Source: Candidatus Latescibacterota bacterium (GTDB lineage Bacteria > Latescibacterota > UBA2968). Taken from it: a stretch of 64,000 nucleotides of DNA. The number at the start of each line of letters is the position of its first letter. The stretch's first letter is position 1. The DNA is taken from assembly GCA_965116885.1 (NCBI GenBank), contig OZ220741.1, positions 2,720,001 to 2,784,000 of the forward strand, written 5' to 3'. Positions 47,121 through 57,984 of the stretch are shown piece after piece. Position numbers and translations under genes: made by a program. The notes beneath the pieces were generated by a model. That model searched no databases, was not told the origin of the DNA, and worked only from the letters and a program-made list of their open reading frames with translations.

Positions 47121-50100
47121 CTAAGCGTTTTCGACTATAGGCTCGATATCGAGAACCTCGCGGTCGAGTTTGGGGGGCGTTCCTTTGCCGTTGAGCCAGT
47201 AGTTCGCCATTTCTCTGGCAGCGGCCATTTTGGGCCAGATCACCTCGCGGTAGCCCCGCACATCGTCGGGGAGGCGCAGTGCTTTTACATAAGTATCATA
47301 TCGCTCTGTACTGTCAAAATCAAAATTATCTACGAGATCAATATACCAATCGCGATAGTTTTTTTCTTCGCGATGCCAGGCCGGTAACCTGCGTAAAAAA
47401 CGCGCGCGCTTCATGAGATTGAGCATCCAGTCGCGGGTTTGAATATCGAATTTGATGTCCAGTCCCAGGACGGTGAAATGCGGCCGGGTTAGATGTCTGT
47501 AAGAAATCCGGTCGCCGCGACTGGGATCGACATCATAACGCGTGCGATCGCGGCGGTACTTTTCTTCGCTCGTCAATAGATGAGCCACATAGATTTCGTC
47601 TTTATAGGCCATCACGCGGGCGAGAAAGCGCACGACAGCATCGGTTGCGCGATACTGATGTTGGGCATTATCGCGGTCGTAAATCCTTTTTACGCGGACG
47701 ATATAAGACTGTGCGTATTCGATGCCGCCCCATTGAATGAGATCGTAAACGCCGAGGGCGAATTGCAATTTTGTCGCGTCGGAAAGAGACCAGTCGGCGA
47801 CTGTCTCTGAGAGGACGCGATAGGCCTCGGCCAATTTGTCGCCCCGCGTTTTTGTCAAAATTTCCGCTTTGTCGTCAATGAGGCCCCTGTATGTGGTTAC
47901 GAGTTTGGGCTTGAAAAATGCATCGGGATCCAGCGCGGCTTTGCGCCCCATCTCAAATGCTTTGAGATTGGCTTCGAGTTCATTCGATTTGATATTTTGT
48001 TTCATCGCCCACTGGATATTTTCCAGCGTAAGGGGCAGTGCGCCCCGTTGAAATGCCGCGCCCAACAATATGCTATTGGCATAGATTTTATTGCCCAAAT
48101 ACCGTTCGGATATTTCGCCGAGGTCCATCCCAAAATACGTGTCGGGATTGGTATAACGCCGCAACAGATCCTCCAGATGATCCGTATCAAAATCGTCTCG
48201 TCCTATCATAGACAAAATGGTTTCGCGTTTGCCGGTTTCCACGACGGCTGTGGTGCGCTGAGGGCTGCCCACGCGGCCGGTTCCATTTGGATCTAACCCG
48301 CGCACGGCCTCCAGAATATCCAATCCCAACAGCAAGTCTGCATGCCCGTAGGGCGTCAATTGCGAAATTACCCGCTCGTCTTTGGTAAAACTGACGTGTG
48401 AATACACGCCGCCATTGCGGATAGCCAGTCCTTTTTTGTTGGTGAAGCGCACGGTGTATCCCTGCTTTGCGCCTGCAACGGCGATAATCGCAGAAATGGT
48501 ATTGATGCCCATGCCGCCTACGCCGGCCACATACGCGTACCACGCTGTATCAAAGTCGCGGGATTTGGGTTCGGGAATATCCGATAGATCAATCGACTCG
48601 GTTTGCACCTCGGGCGCGCGTGATCGGTGAATTGTCAGATGTTCAAAAGAGGGACACGTTTTATCGCCATTTGCAACTTCGACTTTTGTACACGCGCCAT
48701 CGGCAACGCACAAAGACAGATCGGTCGCGACCTTTGGACCGTGAAGCGATTCTTCTACGGTCAAGCCGCTACATCCGGTTGCTTGCGTGCATTCCAGACA
48801 ATATTCACAGACCTCTGGCGTGATGTTGATGTGGGTCTCTTCCGACAGAAATCCCTTTTCTCGAACGGTTTGGATCTGCTCTGCGCGCACGCGGCGGTGA
48901 TATGTGATGCCGCACTCTTTGTCGGCTATGACAATTTTGACGCCGTCTTCTATAAGTGCTTGTTCCAGGACATCGCGATACGCCTCCCGATTTTCTGGAT
49001 TCATGCGGGCGACCATCACCGGACCATTTGTGCCGCCCCCCAAACCGCTCACGACCTGTTCGATATCCTGGGCAAAGGTCGGACGTCCCATCAGGTCAAT
49101 ATCTACTCCTGGCGTGGGCTGATGCCCCGTCATTGCCGTGGTTTTATTGTCTAAGATGACATAGGTAATATCTTGCCCGTGTTTGATCGAATCGGAAATC
49201 GCCGCCATTCCACTGTGGAAAAATGTCGAATCGCCCATGAATACGAGTTGTTTGTTGTCGATAAAAGGATCGATACCGGCACCCGTGCCACCACCGAGCC
49301 CCATTCCAGACAAATTGTGCATCAGCCGGTTAAATGGCTCGTATTTCAATAGGGAATAACATCCGATATCTCCGTGAAAAATCAGATCCATCGAATCTGT
49401 GCCGTGCTTGCGCTGCATGTAATCGCCATCTTGAAAATCGTCAATCATCTTGTCCAGCACACTGGCTGAATCTCGGTGCGGGCAGCCCGGGCAAAACGAG
49501 GGTGTGCGAACCGATGCGTTCAGGTCATAAGTTTCTGTCTGAGCCATCAAGGCGACAATAGCATCAATGCGCTCGGTATCTACGGGTACTGTGGGATCGT
49601 CGAGCGATTTCAACACTGGAGCCAGCACACTGAGTGTGATGCTCGGATTCAGGCCACAACTGTCGGGAAAACCGCGTCCATAGGGAAAGCGTTTGCCCCA
49701 TATCCGGAACGCATTTGTTTCGCCGGCTTGATACAGGTTTTGCAAGGCAGTGGCAATTTGTTCTTCCAGAAAGCCGCGTTTTTCTTCTACCACATAAATT
49801 TCATCGACCATATTTGTAAATTCGCGCAAAATTTCCGAATCAATTGGATAGGTAATCCCGTATTTCAAAATGGGAATGCTGCCCCCCAACCCAACCATAT
49901 TGAGCGCGTGTTCCAAATAACAATAGGCCAAACTGCTGGTGACAAAGCCGATCCGCTTTTTGCCAGAGTCTGGCCGATATAAAATTCGATTCAACCCGTA
50001 TTCTTTTGCGAGGGTGAGCAGCCTGGGAAAACGCTGCTCGAGGACCTCCTTTTCTTTTATCACAGTATGTGGCGGAATGATCACCCGATCATCTGGAGAA

Positions 50101-50729
50101 ATCGTCTGTGGATCCAGGCGGCTGGGATGGTTAAATGTTTTTTCGGGAAACTGGTTTGCGTGTACTTCGACCGTGCCCCCGCCATCTGCCTGGTTGGATG
50201 TCACGAGGTAGGCGATATAAAGCCGGGTTTTTTCCGACAACTCAAAGGCGACTTTGATCCAGTCTTTCATTTCCTGAAAGGTGCTGGGTTCGAATATGGG
50301 CATGTACAAATGTTTGGCGATAAAGCGAGAATCCGCGGGTACTTGTGTGCCCTCAGACCACGTATCATCGCCGAATACGGCAACCGCAGCAGCGCCTTCA
50401 CCCGTTCCAGCCATATTGCCCAGTGCCAGCGCGTCTGAAGCGACATGCGCGCCCACGCTTTTCATGACCGCGATGGCGCGAATAGATTCCATCTGCGCCC
50501 CATTGAGACGCGCTGCTCCCAGGGCTTCGTTGTTGGCAATTTGCACCATCACGCCTTTTTCTATCAACAACTCGCGGATGCGCTCTGCTGCATCAAATAC
50601 TTCTGCCACGGGCGAGCCGGGATATCCCGTCATCAATCCCATGCCGCCTTCGAGGCTGCCCTTGACAATCAGTTCATTGCCCGTAAAAATACCCGGGCCT
50701 TTTTCCAGTGTAAATCGAGGATCCATCAA
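47121..50729 (-). CDS. Indolepyruvate:ferredoxin oxidoreductase, fused alpha/beta with C-terminal DUF6537-like domain
   Basis: GYPGSP, EEKR, RTPSFCPGCPH, GDIGCY, GDSTFFHSG, NKTTAMTG.Q, CxxCxxC, GVGGMG, MAYKDE, VRGY. Confidence 0.9.
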   Translation of the reverse strand: MMDPRFTLEKGPGIFTGNELIVKGSLEGGMGLMTGYPGSPVAEVFDAAERIRELLIEKGVMVQIANNEALGAARLNGAQMESIRAIAVMKSVGAHVASDALALGNMAGTGEGAAAVAVFGDDTWSEGTQVPADSRFIAKHLYMPIFEPSTFQEMKDWIKVAFELSEKTRLYIAYLVTSNQADGGGTVEVHANQFPEKTFNHPSRLDPQTISPDDRVIIPPHTVIKEKEVLEQRFPRLLTLAKEYGLNRILYRPDSGKKRIGFVTSSLAYCYLEHALNMVGLGGSIPILKYGITYPIDSEILREFTNMVDEIYVVEEKRGFLEEQIATALQNLYQAGETNAFRIWGKRFPYGRGFPDSCGLNPSITLSVLAPVLKSLDDPTVPVDTERIDAIVALMAQTETYDLNASVRTPSFCPGCPHRDSASVLDKMIDDFQDGDYMQRKHGTDSMDLIFHGDIGCYSLLKYEPFNRLMHNLSGMGLGGGTGAGIDPFIDNKQLVFMGDSTFFHSGMAAISDSIKHGQDITYVILDNKTTAMTGHQPTPGVDIDLMGRPTFAQDIEQVVSGLGGGTNGPVMVARMNPENREAYRDVLEQALIEDGVKIVIADKECGITYHRRVRAEQIQTVREKGFLSEETHINITPEVCEYCLECTQATGCSGLTVEESLHGPKVATDLSLCVADGACTKVEVANGDKTCPSFEHLTIHRSRAPEVQTESIDLSDIPEPKSRDFDTAWYAYVAGVGGMGINTISAIIAVAGAKQGYTVRFTNKKGLAIRNGGVYSHVSFTKDERVISQLTPYGHADLLLGLDILEAVRGLDPNGTGRVGSPQRTTAVVETGKRETILSMIGRDDFDTDHLEDLLRRYTNPDTYFGMDLGEISERYLGNKIYANSILLGAAFQRGALPLTLENIQWAMKQNIKSNELEANLKAFEMGRKAALDPDAFFKPKLVTTYRGLIDDKAEILTKTRGDKLAEAYRVLSETVADWSLSDATKLQFALGVYDLIQWGGIEYAQSYIVRVKRIYDRDNAQHQYRATDAVVRFLARVMAYKDEIYVAHLLTSEEKYRRDRTRYDVDPSRGDRISYRHLTRPHFTVLGLDIKFDIQTRDWMLNLMKRARFLRRLPAWHREEKNYRDWYIDLVDNFDFDSTERYDTYVKALRLPDDVRGYREVIWPKMAAAREMANYWLNGKGTPPKLDREVLDIEPIVENA

Positions 50730-50735
50730 TATCCT

Positions 50736-52109
50736 TTAAAATGCTGTGCTTCGCCATTCGGGATTGTAGATTTCGCCCGACATGGTCGAATGTACCAATT
50801 CGTAAACGCCGGTTCCGCGACGATCAAAAAATTCAAAGAGATACCGTCCCGACTTTTCGTAAATCCAGATATCTATGGCTTTTCCCATAGCTACCGATGT
50901 GGTATAGTCGCGCTCACTGGGCGGACCGTATTTGATATAAACGCGTCCTTGATCCGTATCTGATCCCCGCTTGCCCGGCTGCGATGTAAATGTATCATCG
51001 GAGTATTTCATGCGACTCATATGGTCTTGAAGCCGTTCATTTAAGGGCGTGCCCGGAGTTGGATCCAATTTTTTCCAAAATGCGTGGAGAAATTTCATTT
51101 TCGACGCCTGTGTTGGCAAAGATTCGTACATAGAGAGATCTCTTTCAGACGCAATGTGATGAATGGTTTGAAAATATCGCAATTGCTCCTGTTGCGCTTC
51201 GGTCAATTGTGGGTTTTCATTTTCATCTGAAAGGAGGAAGATTTTGCGTTTGTGCCGCACGTGTTCGCGCGTGCCGCGGTCAAATAACTCGACTTGCAAA
51301 TCGTACGCGCCGCCAGATAGTCCTTCTGTTTCCAGGATTTCTGTTTTTACCACGCTTTCTCCTGGCTTGAGCAATCGCTTTGCAGGATACGATTTGACAA
51401 CGACATCGGCGGTGTCGAGCAAACTGTATCCCAAAACAAATGAATCATTGGATTTGTCGGGCATGACCTTGAAGTTGTAAACCTCAAAGTAGATCTGAAT
51501 CGGCTTACCCGTGCGGAAGAACCGCGTTGTATTGGGCACGACGCGCCATCCATTTTTGACAAAGCGCCCGGCAGCTTCGGCTTTTTTTAATTCTGAAGCG
51601 AATACCACATCGCTTACGACCAACTCTGTGCCCTCAAAACGGCGCACGCGCATATCCCCTTCACAGGTGCCTGAAATATCTCCGTAAATGTCTTCGGCTG
51701 TCAGCGTCATTTTATAGGGACCCGGCGCGATGTCAAGGGCGATGATATCGCGTACCAGTGCGCCATCCTGTTTCAATTCTCGGATATTTGCCACCGAAAC
51801 ATTTCGCGTCCACAATTCTTGTACTGTGGGATTTCCCGCGGAATCTTGCATAGAAAGCTCAAAGTCAATTTGGGATACGTATTTGCCGTCTTCGGGTACA
51901 AACTGCAATTGTCGCGCATCGATCAATGTATAGACTTCCAGACGCGTGAGGTCTTGGGGTCCCCGAAATGCGGCAGTTTCGGCAAAAACGCGCAACTCAC
52001 CCTTTGAGTGCAAAGGCAGATCCCGATATATTGGCGCATCTTCTTGCCCGTATGCAGTTGCCCAAAAACAGGTGGCAACCATTGCTACATACCATTTTAT
52101 GGAACGCAT
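50736..52109 (-). CDS. GWxTD-domain exported protein
   Basis: Signal peptide; FWKKLDPTPGT..NE, GSDTDQGRVYIKYGPP, IWIY. Confidence 0.82.
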   Translation of the reverse strand: MRSIKWYVAMVATCFWATAYGQEDAPIYRDLPLHSKGELRVFAETAAFRGPQDLTRLEVYTLIDARQLQFVPEDGKYVSQIDFELSMQDSAGNPTVQELWTRNVSVANIRELKQDGALVRDIIALDIAPGPYKMTLTAEDIYGDISGTCEGDMRVRRFEGTELVVSDVVFASELKKAEAAGRFVKNGWRVVPNTTRFFRTGKPIQIYFEVYNFKVMPDKSNDSFVLGYSLLDTADVVVKSYPAKRLLKPGESVVKTEILETEGLSGGAYDLQVELFDRGTREHVRHKRKIFLLSDENENPQLTEAQQEQLRYFQTIHHIASERDLSMYESLPTQASKMKFLHAFWKKLDPTPGTPLNERLQDHMSRMKYSDDTFTSQPGKRGSDTDQGRVYIKYGPPSERDYTTSVAMGKAIDIWIYEKSGRYLFEFFDRRGTGVYELVHSTMSGEIYNPEWRSTAF

Positions 52110-52194
52110 AACGATCCTCCAGGTGTATATACAACAATTCCCCGGCTGGAATTTAAGACAGTATAAAGAGTTGAGTGAATGGAATCAAGGGTTA

Positions 52195-53079
52195 TCAAGT
52201 CACTTGATCGGCGGCATGGTAGGAACTGCGCACCAGTGGGCCAGATTCGACATGCCGAAAACCCAGCGTGAGCGCGAATTGTTTGAGATCCAGAAATTCA
52301 TCGGGATGGTAAAAGCGCGCCACAGGTACGTGTTGGGCAGATGGTTGCAGATATTGACCTATTGTGAGAATATCTGTTTTGCAATCTGCGATATCTCGTA
52401 TCGTCTGGCGCACTTCGGTCGGGGTTTCACCTGCGCCGACCATAATACCCGATTTTGTGGGCATGCCGCGCTCCATTGCTTTGGCCCGCTTCAAAAGTGC
52501 CAGCGACCTGTCGTATTTTGCCTGGGGACGCATGGTTTTATACAGGCGCGGTACGGTTTCGACATTGTGATTTAAAATATCTGGTGCTGCTTCTATGACC
52601 ACGCGCAATGCTTGCCAATTGCCTTGAAAATCCGGGATTAAGACTTCGACCTTTGTGTGTCTGCACAACCGCCGAATCGCACATATCGTTTCGGCAAAAA
52701 TGCGTGCGCCTCCGTCCGGGAGTTCATCGCGATTCACAGAGGTGACTACCGCATGCCGCAATCCCATCGTCTGCACGGCTTCGGCGACCCGTTTGGGTTC
52801 TTCGGTATCAAGGCTCTCTGGACGACCGGTTTTCACCGCGCAAAATCCACAACTCCGCGTACACACATCTCCCAAAATCATAAATGTCGCCGTGCCAGAG
52901 TTCCAGCATTCGCCGATATTGGGACAGCGCGCACTTTCGCATACTGTATGGAGATTTAACCCGCGCATTAAGTTTTTCAATGCGCGGTATCCCTCACTTC
53001 CTGGGGCTGGTACGCGAAACCATTCGGGCAGTCGCCTTCGGCGTACAGAAGGTGCTTTTATGTCCATCAAGCCATTCAT
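52195..53079 (-). CDS. lipA: Lipoyl synthase
   Basis: [39 protein letters not shown]. Confidence 0.97.
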   Translation of the reverse strand: MNGLMDIKAPSVRRRRLPEWFRVPAPGSEGYRALKNLMRGLNLHTVCESARCPNIGECWNSGTATFMILGDVCTRSCGFCAVKTGRPESLDTEEPKRVAEAVQTMGLRHAVVTSVNRDELPDGGARIFAETICAIRRLCRHTKVEVLIPDFQGNWQALRVVIEAAPDILNHNVETVPRLYKTMRPQAKYDRSLALLKRAKAMERGMPTKSGIMVGAGETPTEVRQTIRDIADCKTDILTIGQYLQPSAQHVPVARFYHPDEFLDLKQFALTLGFRHVESGPLVRSSYHAADQVT

Positions 53080-54455
53080 TGCACCCTCCGCCCGGTCAGT
53101 GTGCGCAGGGTCGTTTGGGTAATTTCGACATCGGTTAGCGCATTGTCTGCGATGCCCTCTCGGGGAAATACGACCGTCTTGAAACCATCGGATTTTCCCA
53201 CGGCCAAACCCTCGCCTTTGCGGGCATCTCCTTGTACCAGGACCTCAAGAGTACGACCGATATAAGTCGCATTGATTTCTTCAGAAATGCGATTTTGTTG
53301 TGCAATAATGGTTTCGAGCCTTTGCACTTTTTCCTCTTCTGATACCGTATCGGGCATCTCGCGGAAGGCAACTGTGCCTTTTCGCGCGGAATACTTAAAC
53401 ATAAATGCAGAATCATAACGCACCTGCGCCATCAATGTCAACGTGGCCTCGAAGTCGGTTTGTGTTTCGCCGGAAAAGCCAGCGATAATATCCGTACTCA
53501 AACACAGATCTGGCATTGCGTTGCGCAAATCATCGACCAGAGCGAGATAGTCTTCGATTGTATAGCTGCGTTTCATCGCTTTTAGAACGCGGTTTGACCC
53601 GGACTGCACGGGCAAATGAATAAAGCGACAAATTTTTTTTTCACGCGCCATCGTTTCTATGAATTTTTCAGAGAAATCACTCGGATGAGGCGAGGTAAAG
53701 CGAATGCGGGAAATGCCGTCTATGCGCGCAATCATCGAAAGCAGATCGGCAAAATCGCAGGTGTCATCGCGATAAGAATTGACGGTTTGACCCAATAAGG
53801 TGACTTCTCGAAAACCCGCATCGGCGGCGGCACGAGCTTGTCTGACAATTTCGCGTGCTGGCACGCTACGCTCTCTGCCGCGCACATAGGGCACAATGCA
53901 GAACGTGCAAAACTTATCGCATCCGCGCATAATGGTGATCCAGGCATTGCTGCCCTCTTCGCGCAAGGGATCGATATCCATATAGTATTCGCCGCGATCC
54001 AAACGCACATCCAGAGCCGAATCGCCACGCGCTTCGGCAATGAGTTCAGGTAGTCGCCGATACGAATCTGGCCCCACGACGAGATCGACATAGGGCGCGT
54101 CGTTCATCAGGGATTCAGAAACATGCTTGGCCATGCACCCTGATACCCCCATAATCAGGTCTGGACGCAGATACTTCAGTCTGCGCAATTGTCCCAATCT
54201 ACCCCTTATTCGCTCTTCGGCGTGTTCGCGTATCGCGCAGGTATTCAGCACAATGACATCGGCATCTTCTGGACGACGGGCAGAGGTATAACCCGATTGC
54301 TTTAAAATGCCCAGCATCAGTTCCGTATCCGATACATTCATCTGGCAACCGTACGTCTCGATAAAAACCTTTTGCCCAGACATGGGCGCGACAGGTATAT
54401 CGGGCTCGGTTTGTACGGCGCGACCATTTAATTCGATATTGAGCAATGCGCTCAC
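53076..54455 (-). CDS. miaB: tRNA-2-methylthio-N6-dimethylallyladenosine synthase
   Basis: [42 protein letters not shown] domain. Confidence 0.96.
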   Translation of the reverse strand: MSALLNIELNGRAVQTEPDIPVAPMSGQKVFIETYGCQMNVSDTELMLGILKQSGYTSARRPEDADVIVLNTCAIREHAEERIRGRLGQLRRLKYLRPDLIMGVSGCMAKHVSESLMNDAPYVDLVVGPDSYRRLPELIAEARGDSALDVRLDRGEYYMDIDPLREEGSNAWITIMRGCDKFCTFCIVPYVRGRERSVPAREIVRQARAAADAGFREVTLLGQTVNSYRDDTCDFADLLSMIARIDGISRIRFTSPHPSDFSEKFIETMAREKKICRFIHLPVQSGSNRVLKAMKRSYTIEDYLALVDDLRNAMPDLCLSTDIIAGFSGETQTDFEATLTLMAQVRYDSAFMFKYSARKGTVAFREMPDTVSEEEKVQRLETIIAQQNRISEEINATYIGRTLEVLVQGDARKGEGLAVGKSDGFKTVVFPREGIADNALTDVEITQTTLRTLTGRRVQ

Positions 54456-55579
54456 GTTCGTTTCCTTTTTATTTTTTTTCTTGCCAAACGCATCTCTTCA
54501 ATTACTTCTGCATCGCGTTCACACATCAGTGCTTTGTCGAGTGCCCGTCTCGCCCGCGCACCTCCAATTTTGCCCAGTGCCCAGGCCGCGTGTTGTCGGA
54601 CGAGCGGCTCGTCATCTTTCAGGGCATCTGTTAGGGCGGGAACTTCAGACTTGCTTCCCACATTGCCCAGTGCTACGGCAACATTTCGCAATAATCCACG
54701 CCGTTTGGCGCGTTTGATCGGGCTGTTTTTGAATCGCTTTGAAAAAGTCTCTTGATCCATGTCCAGCAAGTCGGTCAGCGCGGGCGCATTCAAACCCTCG
54801 CGCGCCTGAAAAGCATTTTCAGAAGTCGGTTTTGCGTGTTTGAGATTCCAGGGACATACTTCCTGACAGATATCACATCCAAAGACCCAGTTGCCCACAT
54901 CCGATCTCAAATCCCGCGGGATAGCGCCTTTCAATTCAATAGTCAAATAGGAAATACACCGCCGCGAATCCACGACATAAGGTTCTGGAATAGCATCTGT
55001 TGGACACGCATCCAAGCACTGTGTACAGGTGCCGCAGTGATCGGGTTGCGGGCGATCGATTTCGAGATCGAGATTTAGAATAATCTCACCCAAAAAAAAA
55101 TAGGACCCGCGGCTTTTATCAATCAAGCAGGTGTGTTTACCAAACCAGCCCAGTCCGGCTCGGGCGGCGAAATCGCGCTCCAGTACAGGCCCGGTATCGA
55201 CATAGACCCGCCCCTCAGCAGAGGGCTCTATTTTTTGGATTTCGGCCAGTAATTCAAATAAGCGATCTTTCATGACGGTGTGATAATCATCGCCACGGGC
55301 ATAGCGCGCAATCTGCCCTTCGGGTGTACCACTGTTATCAGACCCATCGGAATGGGGCTGATAATTGAGACCCACGCACAGTACTGATTTTGCGTCTGGA
55401 AGGATTTGACGAATATCTGACCGCCGATCCAGATTGCGTGCCAAATACCCCATTTCGCCTGCGTAGCCCATCCCCAACCACTTTTGATAAAATGCCCAGT
55501 GTTGCGGGGGATCTGCGGATGCAATCCCTACGGGATTAAATCCCAAACGCTGCGCCGCGTCCTTAATCCGATGGGTCAT
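54452..55579 (-). CDS. queG: Epoxyqueuosine reductase
   Basis: IARYARGDDYH, VDTGPVLER, CGTCTQCLDACPT, CISYLTIE, GCDICQEVCPWN, HEAT tail; start ATG 55579. Confidence 0.95.
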   Translation of the reverse strand: MTHRIKDAAQRLGFNPVGIASADPPQHWAFYQKWLGMGYAGEMGYLARNLDRRSDIRQILPDAKSVLCVGLNYQPHSDGSDNSGTPEGQIARYARGDDYHTVMKDRLFELLAEIQKIEPSAEGRVYVDTGPVLERDFAARAGLGWFGKHTCLIDKSRGSYFFLGEIILNLDLEIDRPQPDHCGTCTQCLDACPTDAIPEPYVVDSRRCISYLTIELKGAIPRDLRSDVGNWVFGCDICQEVCPWNLKHAKPTSENAFQAREGLNAPALTDLLDMDQETFSKRFKNSPIKRAKRRGLLRNVAVALGNVGSKSEVPALTDALKDDEPLVRQHAAWALGKIGGARARRALDKALMCERDAEVIEEMRLARKKIKRKRT

Positions 55580-55633
55580 GCAGGTACTCCAAAAATAGAG
55601 GGCAGGACACAACAATGCCCTGCCCCGCGATTC

Positions 55634-56008
55634 TCAGGTCTGCCGAGCCAGTTTGCCAAGTGCATTGTGAACTGCATCTACCGCCAGATCAGCGGCGTGT
55701 TTTCGCGTCGGGGGCAAGCCGTCAAGCGCGGTCTCGATATCGGCACGAGCGATTTTGCAAGCTTGAGGGGGCGTTTTGCCAATCACCCATTCCGTGAGCA
55801 CAGATCCCGAAGCAATGGTTGCTGCACATCCCTGCGCGCGGAAAAGAGCGCGGTCAATAATGCCGTCTTTGATGGCAAGATGCAGGGATAGGGTCGCACC
55901 CGAAGCTGGGTTTTCTGCAAATCCAATTGCATCGGGGGTGTCCAATGCGCCGACATTTCTGGGATGTTCAAAGTGATCCCGCACAACCCTGGAATAACCG
56001 TCAGACAT
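55634..56008 (-). CDS. IscU/NifU-N-like scaffold protein with degenerate Fe-S ligands
   Basis: YS.VVRDHFEHPRNVG, FRAQGCAATIASGS, LDGLPP; start ATG 56008. Confidence 0.82.
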   Translation of the reverse strand: MSDGYSRVVRDHFEHPRNVGALDTPDAIGFAENPASGATLSLHLAIKDGIIDRALFRAQGCAATIASGSVLTEWVIGKTPPQACKIARADIETALDGLPPTRKHAADLAVDAVHNALGKLARQT

Positions 56009-56012
56009 GGGA

Positions 56013-57701
56013 TTACGCGCTGGCCTGTGAAGAAGCTCCCGAGCGGTAATTGCTATTGCGCCCGCGTCGCCCGTAGCGTCGTCCTCGACTGCGCGGGATG
56101 CGTTTGCCCGAGCGGCCCGCCCAATCTGTGGCAATTGTTTGTCTAATTACCGTGATCTGAACCTCGCCCGGATAGGTCATTTCCTCGCGAATGCGCTCGG
56201 CAATTGCAAAGGACAGATCTTTGGCCTGTTCGTCGTTCACGTGCCCGGCATTGACCAGCACGCGCACTTCGCGTCCAGCATTGATGGCATAAGCATCGCG
56301 CACACCATCGAAAGATTGCGCCACCTCCTCTAAATCGCGCACCCGTTTGATATACCCTTCGGCATCGTCGCGCCGAGCGCCGGGCCGCGATGAAGAAATC
56401 GCATCGGCTGCTTTGACCAAAAACGAAAGCGGGGTGATAGCTTCTGCCTCGCCATGGTGATAAAAAATGCCGTTGATAACTTCCTTGCCCTCGCCGTATT
56501 TGCCAGCCAGATGCGCACCAATATCGGTGTGTTTTCCTTCGAGTTCCTGGTCCACGGCTTTGCCGATATCGTGCAATAGCCCACATCGCCGCGCGAGTTT
56601 TTCATCCATGCCCAATTCTGCTGCCATTGCACCGGCCAGAAAAGCCACTTCTTTAGAATGTCCCAAAACGCTTTGCCCATAACTCGTGCGGTACTTGAGC
56701 TTCCCGACCAGTTTGACCAGTTCTGGATGCAATGATTCAATACCCAATTCGCGCACTGCCTGACGGCCTTCTTCGGCAATGAGTGAGTAGATCTTTTTTT
56801 CGCAGTTGGCAACAACCGATTCAACGCGGCTTGGATTGATGCGGCCGTCGCGCACCAATTGCTCCATAGACAGGCGTGCCACATCGCGCTTGACCGGATC
56901 AAAGCTGGATAAGACAACCGCCTCGGGTGTATCGTTTACAATGACTTTCACACCGGTGGCGGCTTCAAAAGCAATGATATTGCGTCCCTCTTTGCCGACG
57001 ATGCGCCCCTTGATATGATCATCGGGCAATGTGACAACCGATATGGATGACTGTACGGTTTGATCTGTGGAACAGCGTTCTATTGCCTGTGCCAGAATTT
57101 TCTTCGCATCGCGGTCGGCTCGTTCCCTGGCGTGATCGATAATTTCTCGGCCGATATTTGCGGCTGTCTGCTGCAGTGAATTTCGAATGTTTTCGAGTAG
57201 CATCTCGCGGGCGCGATCGGCATTCATGCCCGAAATGCGCTCCAATTGCGCCCGTTGCTGATCGAGAATATCGGTCAGTTCCAACTCTCGTTTCTCCAAA
57301 CGGACGGCTTTTTGATTTCCCTCTTGTTCCCGCCGGGTTAAAGTTTTTTCGCGTTGGCTTGCGACCTCAGCCTGTTTTGTGAGGCGGGCCTCTTGTTCGT
57401 GTAATTCATCGTTCCGGCGATCTAAAGCACGCTGTTTTCCATCAAACGACTTTTCAATTTCGGCCTTCTCTTCATACCAGCTATTTTTAATTTCTAAAAA
57501 AGCAGCCTTGCGATCCCGGTCTTCGTTTTTCGCGAGTTTGATTGCGCGTTTCTCTGCCTGTTGCTCAATATCTCGCATTTTTCGATCTCTAATGCGGGTG
57601 CCAACAAGCCACCCGATTCCAAACGTAATAAGGGCAATGGCAACTGCCAGATAGATGATAATGTTCGTTGCCATTGAAGCTCCCTGAAATAGCATGTCCA
57701 T
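56013..57701 (-). CDS. rny: Ribonuclease Y
   Basis: N-terminal TM, coiled coil, KH (KGRIVGKEGRNI), RTSYGQ, LLHDIGK, AGREVRV, YPGEVQITVIR. Confidence 0.96.
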   Translation of the reverse strand: MDMLFQGASMATNIIIYLAVAIALITFGIGWLVGTRIRDRKMRDIEQQAEKRAIKLAKNEDRDRKAAFLEIKNSWYEEKAEIEKSFDGKQRALDRRNDELHEQEARLTKQAEVASQREKTLTRREQEGNQKAVRLEKRELELTDILDQQRAQLERISGMNADRAREMLLENIRNSLQQTAANIGREIIDHARERADRDAKKILAQAIERCSTDQTVQSSISVVTLPDDHIKGRIVGKEGRNIIAFEAATGVKVIVNDTPEAVVLSSFDPVKRDVARLSMEQLVRDGRINPSRVESVVANCEKKIYSLIAEEGRQAVRELGIESLHPELVKLVGKLKYRTSYGQSVLGHSKEVAFLAGAMAAELGMDEKLARRCGLLHDIGKAVDQELEGKHTDIGAHLAGKYGEGKEVINGIFYHHGEAEAITPLSFLVKAADAISSSRPGARRDDAEGYIKRVRDLEEVAQSFDGVRDAYAINAGREVRVLVNAGHVNDEQAKDLSFAIAERIREEMTYPGEVQITVIRQTIATDWAGRSGKRIPRSRGRRYGRRGRNSNYRSGASSQASA

Positions 57702-57921
57702 TGGAGCCTCCTGTCAAAATTCAAATCCGGTTTTATATCCATAACGCAGGTGCATTTGAAGATGTCTCCAAAAAGCTTTTGCACAAACTGCGCCGATGCG
57801 TTATACGCATCGCAAAGAAAAAAAAGTTTAAAAAAAATAGACGTCATGCGTTTTTATTCCTCAGAAGCTGGCTTAAAGCGATAAAGGGATTATGTAGTGT
57901 CCCAAATATTTTAAAGGACCC

Positions 57922-57954
57922 AAAAGGGAGGAATCGCGAGACGACCCCTCCCTT
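57922..57954 (-). terminator. Intrinsic terminator after the sod-prx-iscA unit
   Basis: Minus strand aagggaggggtcg-loop-cgattcctccctttt. Confidence 0.7.
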
Positions 57955-57984
57955 CTGCACATTGGCATTTCTGCAAAGCGATGT

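Noticed and set aside
55600..55628. Hairpin gggcagg..cctgccc between the IscU-like gene and queG as a terminator or riboswitch
   Set aside because: No adjacent U tract on the coding strand and no recognisable aptamer such as preQ1; at most a stabilising stem or decayed REP.
57702..57920. 6S RNA, often found upstream of rny
   Set aside because: No long irregular hairpin with a central bubble is evident and zapA is absent; the region looks like an AT-rich promoter.
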